A DNA stretch of 64,000 nt, taken from Candidatus Limnocylindrales bacterium (lineage in GTDB: Bacteria > Moduliflexota > Moduliflexia > Moduliflexales > JAUQPW01). The stretch is from contig DATMBG010000044.1 in assembly GCA_035559535.1 (NCBI GenBank), forward strand, positions 1 to 64,000, given 5' to 3'. Below, piece after piece: positions 39,428 through 50,119 of the stretch; position 1 is the first letter of the stretch, and every line of letters begins with the position of its first letter. The translations under genes were made by a program, and so were the position numbers. Below the pieces are notes generated by a model. It worked only from the letters and a program-made list of their open reading frames with translations. It made no database searches and was not told the DNA's origin.

Positions 39428-39826
39428 CTATGAGTTTAACCAATGGTTAAAGGTTATCTATTATTTTTTTAAACACAAGATCTCATCACCTCCTTTTCAG
39501 GAGGGAATCTCATGCAGGTTTTTTATGATTAAAAATTTACACTCCTGTTTCTTTTTTGACTTCTTGTTTTTTCTTAAGGTTTATTATTTCTCATTAAAAA
39601 CAGTTTTTCAATTTAATGATCCTTACCCCTGTTAAATATCTAAAGGGACCTGCTCCATTCCATTCCAGGCTTATCCTTTCACCTACCCGGATTGAAGACG
39701 GGGTATTAACCTACCTGCACGGTGAGTAATACCCATCCTTCAGAGGACCTTCCCCTCTCCCGAAGCTTCGGGAGAGGGGCTGGGAATGAGGGCAGAGAAC
39801 GAAGCAAATTTAACTTTACTCCGTAT

Positions 39827-41476
39827 TTAACCTTGCAGCCTCTTCGAGCTTTGAGCTCTCTTCCTCAATTCTCCACGTTTGATTTTACCCGTTACCGTCA
39901 TAGGCAACTCCGTGACAAATTCTATCTCTCGGGGATATTCGTGGGCAGCCAATCGGGTTTTGACAAAATTTTGAATCTCCATTGCCAGGGTTGGAGAAGC
40001 GGTATATCCTTCCTTCAGGATAATGAATGCCTTTACCACGCTTCCTCGGATTTCATCCGGGACGCCGATGACGGCCGAGAGGGCTACGGCGGGATGTTTC
40101 AACAGACAATCTTCCACTTCAGCCGGACCGATCCGATAACCGGCACTGGTAATAACGTCGTCTTTGCGACCCCGGAACCAGAAATAACCGTCTTCATCGA
40201 AATGACCTATATCCCCTGTCAATAACCAGTCACCGATAAATTTCTCCCGGGTCGCCGATTCGTTTTGCCAATATCCCAGGAACATGACCGGATCGCCTTT
40301 CCTAACCGCGATTTCCCCAACTTCACCGGGTTGGAGGGGATTTCCCTTCTCGTCGACGACGGTCACCTTATGACCGGGAGTTGGTCGACCCATGGAACCG
40401 GGTTTGATGGGCATGATGACGGCACAGTTACCTACCAGCAAATTGGCTTCGGTTTGTCCATAAAATTCATTGATATCCAGACCCAGTTCAGCACGCCCCC
40501 ATTCCAGCACTTCTTCTCCTAAAGGTTCTCCACCGCTAAGAACCGAGCGAAGACGTAAAGGATATTTGTTTTTGATCCCTGTGAGGGTACGTAGCATTTT
40601 TAAGGCCGTAGGTGGTAGAAAGGTATTTCGGACCTCATGTCGAACCATCAGGTCGAGGGCTTTCTCGGGATCGAATTTTTTTGCACGAAAGGCCACAACC
40701 GGAATACCGTAATGCAAACTGGGGAATAAAACATCGATCAAACCCCCAATCCAGGCCCAGTCTGCAGGAGTCCAGGAAAGATCACCCGGCTGCGGAAGGA
40801 AGTTGTTGGCCAGGTTAACACCGGGTAAATGTCCCAGTAAAACCCGATGGGCGTGTAGAGCTCCTTTAGGTGGACCTGTAGTCCCAGAAGTATAAATGAT
40901 TAAAGCAGGATCCTCTGCGGTAGTTGCAAGGGGGGTAAAGCGATCCGAGGCTTTGGATAGCACCTGGGTGTAGTTGATAATTCCTTGGGGGGCCGGCTTA
41001 TCCGGCCAGCCTACACAGATAATATACTCTAAATTTTCTAACCTGGGTTTTATCTCCAAAATCTTATCCAGATTCTCCACGTCAACGATAACTATTCGGG
41101 TCCGGCTATTTTGTAAACGATACTCCAGAGCATCTGGACCAAATAAGGTAAACAGGGGGATATTAATTAAACCCAGTTTGAAACCGGCCAGGTGTGCAAT
41201 GACCGTCTCCGGCTGTTGGGATAACACGATCCCGAACCGATCCCCCCTGCTGATTCCCAAATGCGCCAACAGATTGGCCAGCCTGTTAGAGTAGCTTCTT
41301 AAATCTCCAAAGGTATATTTTTCTATCCGACCGGAGTTATCTTCATAAATTAAAGCCAGTTTTTTTTCATCAGAAGCCGCATGCCGGTCACAAATGTCTA
41401 CGGCAATATTATAGTGCTCGGGAATGGACCATTGAAATTCACGATAAATTTTTTCATAACGGTCCTCCACGTCCAT
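39827..41476 (-). CDS. Acyl-CoA synthetase (AMP-forming)
   Basis: YTSGTTGPPKG, YGQTE, TGD, GRKDDVI, TGKI. Confidence 0.9.
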   Translation of the reverse strand: MDVEDRYEKIYREFQWSIPEHYNIAVDICDRHAASDEKKLALIYEDNSGRIEKYTFGDLRSYSNRLANLLAHLGISRGDRFGIVLSQQPETVIAHLAGFKLGLINIPLFTLFGPDALEYRLQNSRTRIVIVDVENLDKILEIKPRLENLEYIICVGWPDKPAPQGIINYTQVLSKASDRFTPLATTAEDPALIIYTSGTTGPPKGALHAHRVLLGHLPGVNLANNFLPQPGDLSWTPADWAWIGGLIDVLFPSLHYGIPVVAFRAKKFDPEKALDLMVRHEVRNTFLPPTALKMLRTLTGIKNKYPLRLRSVLSGGEPLGEEVLEWGRAELGLDINEFYGQTEANLLVGNCAVIMPIKPGSMGRPTPGHKVTVVDEKGNPLQPGEVGEIAVRKGDPVMFLGYWQNESATREKFIGDWLLTGDIGHFDEDGYFWFRGRKDDVITSAGYRIGPAEVEDCLLKHPAVALSAVIGVPDEIRGSVVKAFIILKEGYTASPTLAMEIQNFVKTRLAAHEYPREIEFVTELPMTVTGKIKRGELRKRAQSSKRLQG

Positions 41477-41498
41477 CACCTCCCTTCGAAGCATGGAG

Positions 41499-41606
41499 GT
41501 AGGGGAGTGTGGGAGTGTGGAGGTGAAAGTATGGAGGTATAGAAGTACAGGGGTAAATTCTCCTATACCCCCATACTTTCACCTCCACACTCCCACACTC
41601 CCCTAC
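41499..41606. repeat. Near-perfect inverted repeat (about 47-bp arms) built from octamer units
   Basis: GTAGGGGAGTGTGGGAGTGTGGAGGTGAAAGTATGG... pairs with ...CCATACTTTCACCTCCACACTCCCACACTCCCCTAC. Confidence 0.85.
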
Positions 41607-41608
41607 TT

Positions 41609-42367
41609 CTACAATCCCTCTAAAAGGGTCTCAGCGGCCCGGGCCTCTATAGTTCCCGGGTATCCTGTTACAAGCCGTTCCAAAGCTTCCTTGGAAAGTC
41701 GTCGATATTCTTTCACCTTTTCCGGGTCTTGAACATTCTTTAACAGGCGGTAGTAATCCACAGCCAGAAAGAACAGAACTTCTTTGATTTTTTCATATTG
41801 GGGGTATTCCCTCAGAAACCGTTCCTTTTCAGCCACGGCTTTCATAAGCCCTGCAACATCGGTTTTCACAATCTTCGAAGGATCGGTTCCCAGGGTTTCG
41901 TAGAAAGTTCGGGCGATCACCTGAAATCTGGCTTCAGCGGCTCGTTTCCCAGAAGGGGCCTGATTTAGATATTCCCGAAAAGCGGCCAGATCGTAAACAT
42001 AACGCTGCTCCTGCTCAGAAAAGGTAATTTTGATTTCATAGGTTTCCAGTCTTTTGATAAGGAATTGAGCCAGAAGATCACTTCGACCGTGGGCCAAGAG
42101 ATCCTGATTGAGAAGATCGGCAATACTCTGGCTTCTCTCACCCAGGCGATAAAGGGCCTCTGCTTTCGCTTCACTGGTCATCCCTTCTTTAGACTCCCGA
42201 TAATCCTTGTCGATTTCGGCAAGGATTCCCTGAATAGCCTCGGGATCGATAATCACGTGGGCAGTAACCGGGAAGGGAGAGAGGTAGAAAACTATTACGA
42301 AAAGACAGAGCAAGAGAACGGGAGAGGGAGAGAGGAGTGGGAAAGCTGGAAATCTCACGGCCTTCAA
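41609..42367 (-). CDS. Exported helical (TPR-like) hypothetical protein
   Basis: Signal ..VTA-HVII; AEALYRLG, FLREYP, LVTGYPGT TPR-like junctions. Confidence 0.7.
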   Translation of the reverse strand: MKAVRFPAFPLLSPSPVLLLCLFVIVFYLSPFPVTAHVIIDPEAIQGILAEIDKDYRESKEGMTSEAKAEALYRLGERSQSIADLLNQDLLAHGRSDLLAQFLIKRLETYEIKITFSEQEQRYVYDLAAFREYLNQAPSGKRAAEARFQVIARTFYETLGTDPSKIVKTDVAGLMKAVAEKERFLREYPQYEKIKEVLFFLAVDYYRLLKNVQDPEKVKEYRRLSKEALERLVTGYPGTIEARAAETLLEGL

Positions 42368-42972
42368 TGCATTTCCTCCTGTTCGGTTGGGAAGGGACGT
42401 CCTTCATAGAAGTCAAGAGTTCCAGGGTGAAAAGGAGGAATAAAGTTCATGGTCTGGAGGCTTGAATTATTTTTAGTGAAAAAGTTGGCAGACTCCGCCG
42501 AATCCAATCCTGGGGATTTCCATTTCTCCTCGTGTTCAGCCAAAGTTTTTACGATCTGATAGGCTTTTTGTTTTGAAAAATCCTCTCGACAGACGAGAAG
42601 GTAAGATCCAAAAACAAACAAGGTTCTTAAAGTTGGAAGAGGTCCTTCCTCCTGGAACTTTCCCTTTCCCTGGAAGGCGTCTTGAGCTTCATCAGCTTGA
42701 AGAAGGGCCACATCAAGTTGTTGACTTCCGATAAGTTTTACAATTTCCAGAGAATCTCTTGCCCTGGCTGCCATGGCCTGACTCTCGGGGAAGTAGATAG
42801 CCAGCACCTGGGCAACGGTTTGACCGAAGGGGAAAGCAGTTTCTTCTGCAGCGCTGGTCAAAATAAAGAGACGCTTTCTCCTGTAAACCACCCACTGTCG
42901 ATACGGACTGTGACCCATCAGAAATCCGGCCATTCCTATTAGAGTAAGCCGAAAGAAGGTTCTTCGATCCAT
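42364..42972 (-). CDS. Hypothetical with twin-arginine-like leader; truncated TAXI solute-binding-like
   Basis: MDRRTFF; SLEIVKLI..QLDVALLQAD.A.DAFQGKGKF; LVCRED..AYQIVKTL; PFHPGTLDFY. Confidence 0.65.
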   Translation of the reverse strand: MDRRTFFRLTLIGMAGFLMGHSPYRQWVVYRRKRLFILTSAAEETAFPFGQTVAQVLAIYFPESQAMAARARDSLEIVKLIGSQQLDVALLQADEAQDAFQGKGKFQEEGPLPTLRTLFVFGSYLLVCREDFSKQKAYQIVKTLAEHEEKWKSPGLDSAESANFFTKNNSSLQTMNFIPPFHPGTLDFYEGRPFPTEQEEMH

Positions 42973-43105
42973 AATCAGAGGCTGGGGTTTGCCCTCACCT
43001 CCATCTCCTCTCCCCCGAAGCTTTGGGAGAGGGGAGATGGAGGTGAGGGCTTAACTTTAAACCCGGGATTCCTTCCTGTTCCTTGCCTCTTGATTTTAAC
43101 TTTTT

Positions 43106-44341
43106 CTACTTAAACACCTCCAAGGGTAGGATAGCGGAGACGGCAAAGTTAGGAACGTCCACCAGATTTCCAATCCTGAGATCTACGGCTACACTACAAA
43201 GGGTGTAAGCTTGTTCCCGGGTCATATTTTTGTTTTTGACCAACCAATCAATCATCTGCAGGAGGGCGTCCCGTGCGGCTAAGGTAACATCTTCAGAAAG
43301 ATTCATTAAGGGGCCAATCCGGGTACCATCCAGGTATTGATTGTAGGGGACTACTTTACCTTCAGGTTTAATAGGAAATCCCACCGTTGCATAAAATTGG
43401 TCTGGGGCCAATTGTTTCAATTGATCGCCTCCTTCAAAGTGGGGTTGACGGACGAAGGCACCCAGTCCCTTACGGACTTCTACCTTAACTGTTACCGTTG
43501 CATCCATTTCAATGGCCGTTCCGGAAACCTCGCCGTCCCCTTGGGCAAAATGAACATCTCCTATGGAGAGGAGACAGCCTTTTACAAAGCAGGGTAGGAG
43601 GAGGGTTGTACCTTTCTGCATCTGCTTAATATCCATGTTACCCCCATTTTCCCTGGGCGGAATTGTCCGTAGACAGCGATCCTTATGGGTTCCCGTCGGA
43701 CCACAAACCTCCTTGGGTAGAGCATCTTTAGGCTCCGGTGGAAGCACGAAACCCCCCGCAGCCCTCAAAGCCTCTTCCCTTTTGTACATGATTTCGACTT
43801 CCTCAGGTCCAGGAGCAACTCCGATGGTTCCCATAAACCCATCGAAAGGAATTCTAACCCCCGGCATGTCAGGAGAAGTCGCTTCAAGTCGGTTCAGATC
43901 CCATCGTACGATATGGGGGTTAGGGAAAATATCCCTTAAGAATCCAAAACCCGGAACAATAACCGTGTAACCAAAAACGTCGGGCTCAATATCTATCAGA
44001 GTAACCGCGAGAACATCTCCTCGTTCGGCCCCGTTAATAAAAACAGGACCTGTCAGGGGATGAACGAGGTTCAGGTTTGCTGCTACGACATCGGCAGCTG
44101 TAGAGTTTCGAGTAAAAGCATGGTCAAAGGCATCTCGGGTTTCGTAGATGAGAATGTCGCCGGGTTCCGCCGTCTCTACAGGTTTAATAGCGGGATGCCA
44201 ACGATTATGGCATTTTGGATCGTCTGCACAGCGGGCTCCAGTCTTCGCGATCTTAAGGGTCTTGGCCAAAGCCAGGTCGGTTACTCTAAAAGCCAAACAA
44301 ACAGCCAAAATACATACTACCCAGAACCTCAACCTTAACAT
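43106..44341 (-). CDS. fmdA: Formamidase/acetamidase (FmdA_AmdA family) with a signal peptide
   Basis: HNRWHP, HPLTGPV, PPRENGGNMD, GDVHFAQGDGE..GTAIE, LVDVPN; AGGAGG SD before ATG 44341. Confidence 0.85.
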   Translation of the reverse strand: MLRLRFWVVCILAVCLAFRVTDLALAKTLKIAKTGARCADDPKCHNRWHPAIKPVETAEPGDILIYETRDAFDHAFTRNSTAADVVAANLNLVHPLTGPVFINGAERGDVLAVTLIDIEPDVFGYTVIVPGFGFLRDIFPNPHIVRWDLNRLEATSPDMPGVRIPFDGFMGTIGVAPGPEEVEIMYKREEALRAAGGFVLPPEPKDALPKEVCGPTGTHKDRCLRTIPPRENGGNMDIKQMQKGTTLLLPCFVKGCLLSIGDVHFAQGDGEVSGTAIEMDATVTVKVEVRKGLGAFVRQPHFEGGDQLKQLAPDQFYATVGFPIKPEGKVVPYNQYLDGTRIGPLMNLSEDVTLAARDALLQMIDWLVKNKNMTREQAYTLCSVAVDLRIGNLVDVPNFAVSAILPLEVFK

Positions 44342-44735
44342 TTTATCCTCCTTCCTCAGGAGTGGCCGCTGCACCCATGCCACTCATTTTTTTGTAGAGG
44401 CAATTCCCTGGGACTCCTCTGCTTGCAGGATAACTGCTCACCAGGCAACCCCTTCGAATCGTCCCCACAAATTAACGGCAAAACAGGGTGCCCCCGATGG
44501 GTATATAAACCATCCATACTAAACCCCTGCGGTTCCATTAAAAACAGTGAAGGCTATTCAGGAGATTAATATGGATAGGGTAGAGGTCGGTTCTACCACC
44601 TTATTCCTATTGAATCTTTTCAGGGTTCTGGCGTCAAGGAAAAAAATAATAAACAAAAAATCAAATTGTCTCCCCTCGAGTTTTAAACTTTCAAATCCGG
44701 ACTTTTGGCAGCCTGAGGGGACCGTATTTGTCCTG

Positions 44736-47393
44736 CTATTCACAGGTTGGCCCGGGTTTTTCTTGGGATCTATCCAGTACCTCCCGTACCTTGTTCAACA
44801 AGACATCCGGTGTGAAAGGTTTCTGGAGAAAGGCCGTACCTGCCGCTAATACCCCATGATAAACCACGGTATTGTCTGTGTAACCGGACATGTATAGGAT
44901 CTTCATCTCCGGATGCGAGGGAGTTAGCCGTTCTGCAAGTTCACGACCACTCATTCCAGGCATCACTACGTCGGTCATCATGAGATGAATGGGGCCTGTA
45001 CGCTGCTCGCATACTAAAAGGGCTTCACTCCCATGTTGGGCTTCTAAAACCGTGTAGCCGTTTCTTCTCAGAATCCGACAAATTAAATCCCTTACCATCT
45101 TTTCATCCTCCACCACCAGGATGGTTTCAAAGACCCGGGAAGGTTCTAAAGGGGTAACGTCTGGTTTGAGAGTTTTAACAACTTCTTCAACACGAGGGAG
45201 GTAAACCTTAAAGGTAGTTCCTTGTCCGGGCTCGCTATATACCCAGATATTCCCTCCACTTTGCTTCACGATCCCATATACGGTGGATAAGCCTAAACCT
45301 GTTCCTTTACCCTGTTCTTTGGTAGTAAAGAACGGCTCGAAGAGACGAGACTGGGTTTCCTTGTCTATCCCAGAACCGGTATCACTCACGGCCAGCATCA
45401 CATAAGGACCGGCCTGGACCCCCATGTGCCCATGGGCATAAGTTTCATCCAATTCAACATTTGCTGTTTCGATGATAAGTCTACCACCCTGAGGCATGGC
45501 ATCCCGAGCATTGACTGCAAGGTTCATGATAACCTGTTCGATTTGTCCGGGATCTGCTTTCACGGATCCCAGGGTTGGGTCGGGAATGATAATCAGGTCA
45601 ATATCCTCCCCGATCAGACGTCGAAGCATTTTATTCATATCGGTCAGAATTACATTCAGATTTAGCACCTGAGGTTGAAGTATTTGCTTGCGACTGAAGG
45701 CCAGAAGTTGACGCGTCAGCGAGATAGCCCGCTCCCCAGCCTTTTTGATCTCTTCAAGGTCCTTACGAATTGGGTCTAGATGGCTGATCTGCCTCAGTAA
45801 GAGATCATTATAACCCATAATAATGGTTAACAGGTTATTGAAATCATGGGCCACGCCTCCTGCCAGTCTTCCAATGGCTTCCATCTTTTGGGACTGCCGG
45901 AACTGCTCTTCAAGCTTTTTTCGTTCGGTGATATCGGTGGAGATGCCACAAATCCCGTAGGGAACCCCCAGGGCATCGAAGAGGGGAAACTTGATGGAAA
46001 TATAGGTATGGGGGCCATCATCCTGCAGACAAATTTCTTCAAACTCCAGGGAGGTTCTGGCCGTAAGTACTTTTTCATCATTGACCCGAAAGGCATCGGC
46101 TATCTCCTTGGGAAATAGTTCGTAGTCGGTCTTCCCTGCAATGTGTTCCCTCGAGAGGTGAGTAAGGGTTTCATACCTGCGGTTAACCAGAAGGTATCGG
46201 TATCGGGTATCTTTAACGTAGATGACAGCCGGGGAGTTATCCAAAATGGCCTGGAGCCGTTCTTCACTTTTCCGTAAAGCTTCCTCAGCCCGTTTGCGTT
46301 CGGCCAGTTCTTGTTGGACTGCCGTATACAACCGGGCATTATCCAGGGCAATCGAGGCTAATTCGGCAAACTGGCCCAGTAATGCGATCTCATCATCTCC
46401 GAAGGTCCGACCCTCTTCCAGATAGGCCAGCCCGATGACTCCTACAACTTCCGAACCGGATTTAAGGGGTATTCCAATCTGGGCACGGACGCTATCCAAT
46501 TGGGGATCCGGCAATCGCTCTGGCCAGGTACTATAGTTATCCACCACCAAGGGCTGACCCGTTTGCCAGATCTTTCCGACCAACCCCTTACCGGGTCTTA
46601 CCCCATAATCAATGCGCTGACTATAGATCCCTATCCCTACTATCATCTCCGTACCTTTAGATCCCAGCAGATGGACATAACCATGTTGGGTACCCAGGAG
46701 TTCCCCGGCCCGTGTGATAATAACTTCCAGTAAATCGTGTAACTCCAACCGGTTCATTAAAGCCAGAGTTGTTTCATGTAAAGCGGCCAGGTAGTCATTT
46801 TGCCGGCGTAGTTTCTCCGCTGCCTGCTTACGTAGGGAAAGTTCTTTTTCCCGTTGATGGTGGCGGGCACTTTTAACGGCAATTCCAATATGATGGGCTA
46901 GGATCGACAAAAATTCCACGTCGCGTCGGGTAAAATATCCTTTCTCCCGGCTTCCTATACTGATCACACCCCATACTTTATCCAGACTTAAGATGGGAAC
47001 ACCCAGGTAAGAAGAAATTTGAAGGGATTCAAAGATGTTTTTTACTTTATACCCCTCTACTTCCTTTGTAAGGTCCTCAACAATTACAGATTGTTTAGAC
47101 CGGATGACCTGTTCCTCTAATCCTCTATAGAGAATGAGTCGATGCTCCTGGATCTCCCTGACCCTCTCAGAGGGAACGCCTTTTAGAACTTTCGGAATCA
47201 GCTTCTGATCTCCCGAGACCAGTAGAACGCCTGCAAAATCGGCCCCGGTGATTTCTATCGTCTTATCCAGGGAATAATTCAGTATTTTTTCCAGATCAAG
47301 GGACTGATTGATTTCGGCAGCAAGGGTATTAATTACCATCATCTGCCGATTTAGCTGATTTAAGGCCTCTTCTAGGGGGAGTTCATCTCTCAT
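44736..47393 (-). CDS. Cytoplasmic hybrid histidine kinase (GAF-GAF-PAS-HisKA-HATPase-REC)
   Basis: [42 protein letters not shown] track start 47507. Confidence 0.9.
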   Translation of the reverse strand: MRDELPLEEALNQLNRQMMVINTLAAEINQSLDLEKILNYSLDKTIEITGADFAGVLLVSGDQKLIPKVLKGVPSERVREIQEHRLILYRGLEEQVIRSKQSVIVEDLTKEVEGYKVKNIFESLQISSYLGVPILSLDKVWGVISIGSREKGYFTRRDVEFLSILAHHIGIAVKSARHHQREKELSLRKQAAEKLRRQNDYLAALHETTLALMNRLELHDLLEVIITRAGELLGTQHGYVHLLGSKGTEMIVGIGIYSQRIDYGVRPGKGLVGKIWQTGQPLVVDNYSTWPERLPDPQLDSVRAQIGIPLKSGSEVVGVIGLAYLEEGRTFGDDEIALLGQFAELASIALDNARLYTAVQQELAERKRAEEALRKSEERLQAILDNSPAVIYVKDTRYRYLLVNRRYETLTHLSREHIAGKTDYELFPKEIADAFRVNDEKVLTARTSLEFEEICLQDDGPHTYISIKFPLFDALGVPYGICGISTDITERKKLEEQFRQSQKMEAIGRLAGGVAHDFNNLLTIIMGYNDLLLRQISHLDPIRKDLEEIKKAGERAISLTRQLLAFSRKQILQPQVLNLNVILTDMNKMLRRLIGEDIDLIIIPDPTLGSVKADPGQIEQVIMNLAVNARDAMPQGGRLIIETANVELDETYAHGHMGVQAGPYVMLAVSDTGSGIDKETQSRLFEPFFTTKEQGKGTGLGLSTVYGIVKQSGGNIWVYSEPGQGTTFKVYLPRVEEVVKTLKPDVTPLEPSRVFETILVVEDEKMVRDLICRILRRNGYTVLEAQHGSEALLVCEQRTGPIHLMMTDVVMPGMSGRELAERLTPSHPEMKILYMSGYTDNTVVYHGVLAAGTAFLQKPFTPDVLLNKVREVLDRSQEKPGPTCE

Positions 47394-47743
47394 GGTATAT
47401 CCTGGGGGTAAGCCGGCGTGTCTGTTGAGATGGGACAAACCTATCACCTCATCCCTATAGCCTATAGAAGATTTCTGAATAAGGCTGCAGACCTCTATAT
47501 CTCTCAAGATTGCTGTACTATCTTACCCTCGCTTTCTCATGGGTTCGAGGGTTTTTCTGGTGAGCAAAAAGAGGTTTCCAACCTGCCTTCCCGGAACCCC
47601 TCTCTAATTAGTCGTTTCTAAAATACTACCTTAAAGTAATATTTCAATAAAAAAATAAAGGTTACTTTAAGGCTCCAGGGGAGAAAGGATGGACCTTAAA
47701 AAGATGACCGGTTCCCAATTTTTCAAATACTTCTAAAATTTGG

Positions 47744-47771
47744 TTGACACAAAAATAAGATATCCTACGAT
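47744..47771 (+). promoter_or_regulatory. Sigma70-type promoter
   Basis: TTGACA-16 bp-TACGAT upstream of the Rid gene. Confidence 0.5.
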
Positions 47772-47891
47772 GAGTTCATAAATTTACCTACCTTCAACCT
47801 GGATTACAAAACCTGAAACGTAAAACCTAAAAAACATAAAAGGTAAATCGTCCTATGTTTACGCTTTACCTTTTAGGTTTTATTTTTTTTT

Positions 47892-48287
47892 ATGAATAAG
47901 ACTGTTATTAATCCTGAAACCGTTGCTAAGCCGATTAAACCTTATTATGCCAATGCCGTGAAAGTCGGTCCAGGAAATCTCTTATTCATTTCCGGGCAGG
48001 TCGCTTTGGATTCCAAAGGAAATCTGGTAGGAAAGGGAGATATCAAGGCCCAAACCCGGCAGGTTTTAGAGAATATTAAAGCCATTCTGGCTTCTGTAGG
48101 GGCCGGTATGGATAATATTGTAAAGGTAACGGTATTTCTCACAGATCTTCGAAATTTTGAAGCGGTTGCAGAGGTTCGTGCTGAATATTTCAGGGATAAT
48201 CCTCCCGCCAGCACTTTAGTAGGGGTCACGGCATTGGTCTCACCTGATTTTCTTATCGAGATTGAAGCCATTGCCATGGTAGATTAG
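47892..48287 (+). CDS. Rid (YjgF/YER057c/UK114) family protein
   Basis: FISGQV, QTRQVLENI, VKVTVFL, IEIEAIA. Confidence 0.9.
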   Translation: MNKTVINPETVAKPIKPYYANAVKVGPGNLLFISGQVALDSKGNLVGKGDIKAQTRQVLENIKAILASVGAGMDNIVKVTVFLTDLRNFEAVAEVRAEYFRDNPPASTLVGVTALVSPDFLIEIEAIAMVD

Positions 48288-48333
48288 CCTGGTTAACTTC
48301 CTCTCAGATTAGGAGCAGATCTGGCTTTGATTT

Positions 48334-49911
48334 TTAGGTACGATGCCGGAGTAGCTGCCCCGGGCGCTCACCTGTGAATTGACCCCTGGCAATAACCGGA
48401 CGACCGTTGACAAAAACATAAGGAATCCCTTCAGGGAATTGGCGTGGATTTTCATAAGTAGCCCGGTCGCGAATGGTTTGAGGGTTAAAAATGACAACAT
48501 CCGCAGCCTTACCGGGTTTCAAGACCCCTCGATCCTTCAGTTGAAGGATTTCTGCAGGCAGGCCGGTCATCTTATAAATAGCTTCTTCCAAGGTAAGGAT
48601 ACCCAAGTCACGGGAGTAATGCCCCAGAATACGGGGGCAACTTCCGTAGACCCGGGGGTGGGGTTTACCACCCAGTAAACCATCGGTCCCCATAACCCGC
48701 CAGGGTGCACGGAGGATGGTTTGGATATCTTCTTCGCCGATGAGGAAGGTAATCATACCGACGGCAAAATTCTCTTCCAGTAAAAGCCGGACCACCGCAT
48801 CAAAGGGCTCGACCTTCCAGGATTGGGCAATATCTGCCAGGGTACGCCCTTCCAGATCCTTGTTACGGTCAGAAGCCGTATAAGAGATCAGAATACGATC
48901 ATACCCCGCTTCCAACACCATACTACGCTTGCCTGGAACTCCCTGCTCCATCTCGATTTTCATGCGCATCAGGGCTTCCGGGTCTTGTAGGCGACGACGG
49001 AGTTGTTCAACACCTCCCGTATAGGCCCAGGTTGGTAACAAGGCTCCGAGCATGGTACTACCTGCTTCATAAGGATATTGATCGGCCGTAATCTTTAACC
49101 CACTGGCCCGACCTTCTTCAATACGCTGGATCAAACGAGGGGCTTTGCCCCAGTTGTTGCGACCCGAGACTTTTAAATGAGAAATATGGAGATGAACGCC
49201 AGAAGCCCGGGAAACCTCGAAGACCTCATCCAGGGCCGACCAGATATAATCCCCCTCATTTCGCATATGGGTCACGAAAATTCCGCCATATCTGGCTACA
49301 ATCCGATTGAGATATACCAATTCCCGCCTATCAGCATAAGCACAGGGAACATAGATCAGCCCGGTGGACATACCAAAAGCCCCTTCCTTCAGAGATTGCT
49401 CTACTAACTGACCCATCTGACGTAATTCTTCATCGGTTGCGATCCGATCATCCATACCCATGACACAGAGTCGAACGTTGCCATGACCGACCAGTGTTGC
49501 AATATTGAGAGCAGGACGGGGAAGCCGGTTGAGATATTGATCTGCATTCCTCCAATTCCAGGGGATGGGTGGATTACCGTCCAGTCCTGACAGGTGAGTC
49601 CGCCACAGGTCCGTAGCTTCAGGTATCATGGGAAAAGTACCCAGGCCGTCTTGACCGAAAAGCTCTGTAGTTATACCCTGCGCAACTTTCGCAGGAAGAT
49701 CCGGCTCCGTGAAAAGCATCAATTGGGAGTGGGTATGCATATCGATAAAACCAGGACAAACGATCATCCCGGTAGCTTCAATAACCTCACCAACCGGGGG
49801 AAGATGGGGGGCAACTGCCTCAATTCTCCCATCACGTATCAATATATCGGCCGGAAAGCGCGGGGCTCCGGTACCGTCGATGATGGTGCCATGTTGAATG
49901 GTGTAGTCCAT
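48334..49911 (-). CDS. N-acyl-D-amino-acid deacylase (D-aminoacylase)
   Basis: IIDGTG, PGFIDMHTH, GMSTGLIY, HMRNE, HPRVYG. Likely start MDYTI at 49911. Confidence 0.9.
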   Translation of the reverse strand: MDYTIQHGTIIDGTGAPRFPADILIRDGRIEAVAPHLPPVGEVIEATGMIVCPGFIDMHTHSQLMLFTEPDLPAKVAQGITTELFGQDGLGTFPMIPEATDLWRTHLSGLDGNPPIPWNWRNADQYLNRLPRPALNIATLVGHGNVRLCVMGMDDRIATDEELRQMGQLVEQSLKEGAFGMSTGLIYVPCAYADRRELVYLNRIVARYGGIFVTHMRNEGDYIWSALDEVFEVSRASGVHLHISHLKVSGRNNWGKAPRLIQRIEEGRASGLKITADQYPYEAGSTMLGALLPTWAYTGGVEQLRRRLQDPEALMRMKIEMEQGVPGKRSMVLEAGYDRILISYTASDRNKDLEGRTLADIAQSWKVEPFDAVVRLLLEENFAVGMITFLIGEEDIQTILRAPWRVMGTDGLLGGKPHPRVYGSCPRILGHYSRDLGILTLEEAIYKMTGLPAEILQLKDRGVLKPGKAADVVIFNPQTIRDRATYENPRQFPEGIPYVFVNGRPVIARGQFTGERPGQLLRHRT

Positions 49912-50119
49912 AAATATTCCTTCCTTAAGCGTCAGGCCATGGAATGACTTTCCATGAGTAGTTCCTTTTCTCTTTTTATCATAATCTGAGATGAGGGAGA
50001 GCCTTGAAGGAGGTGTTCCCAGACAAAGCCTCCAGGGTACTGAGCAAGATCCTTGAGTCAACAGCCTGAAAGCGGAGCCTGGAAAGAAGAAGACAGGGTC
50101 AGGGATCCACAGGCTCTGC

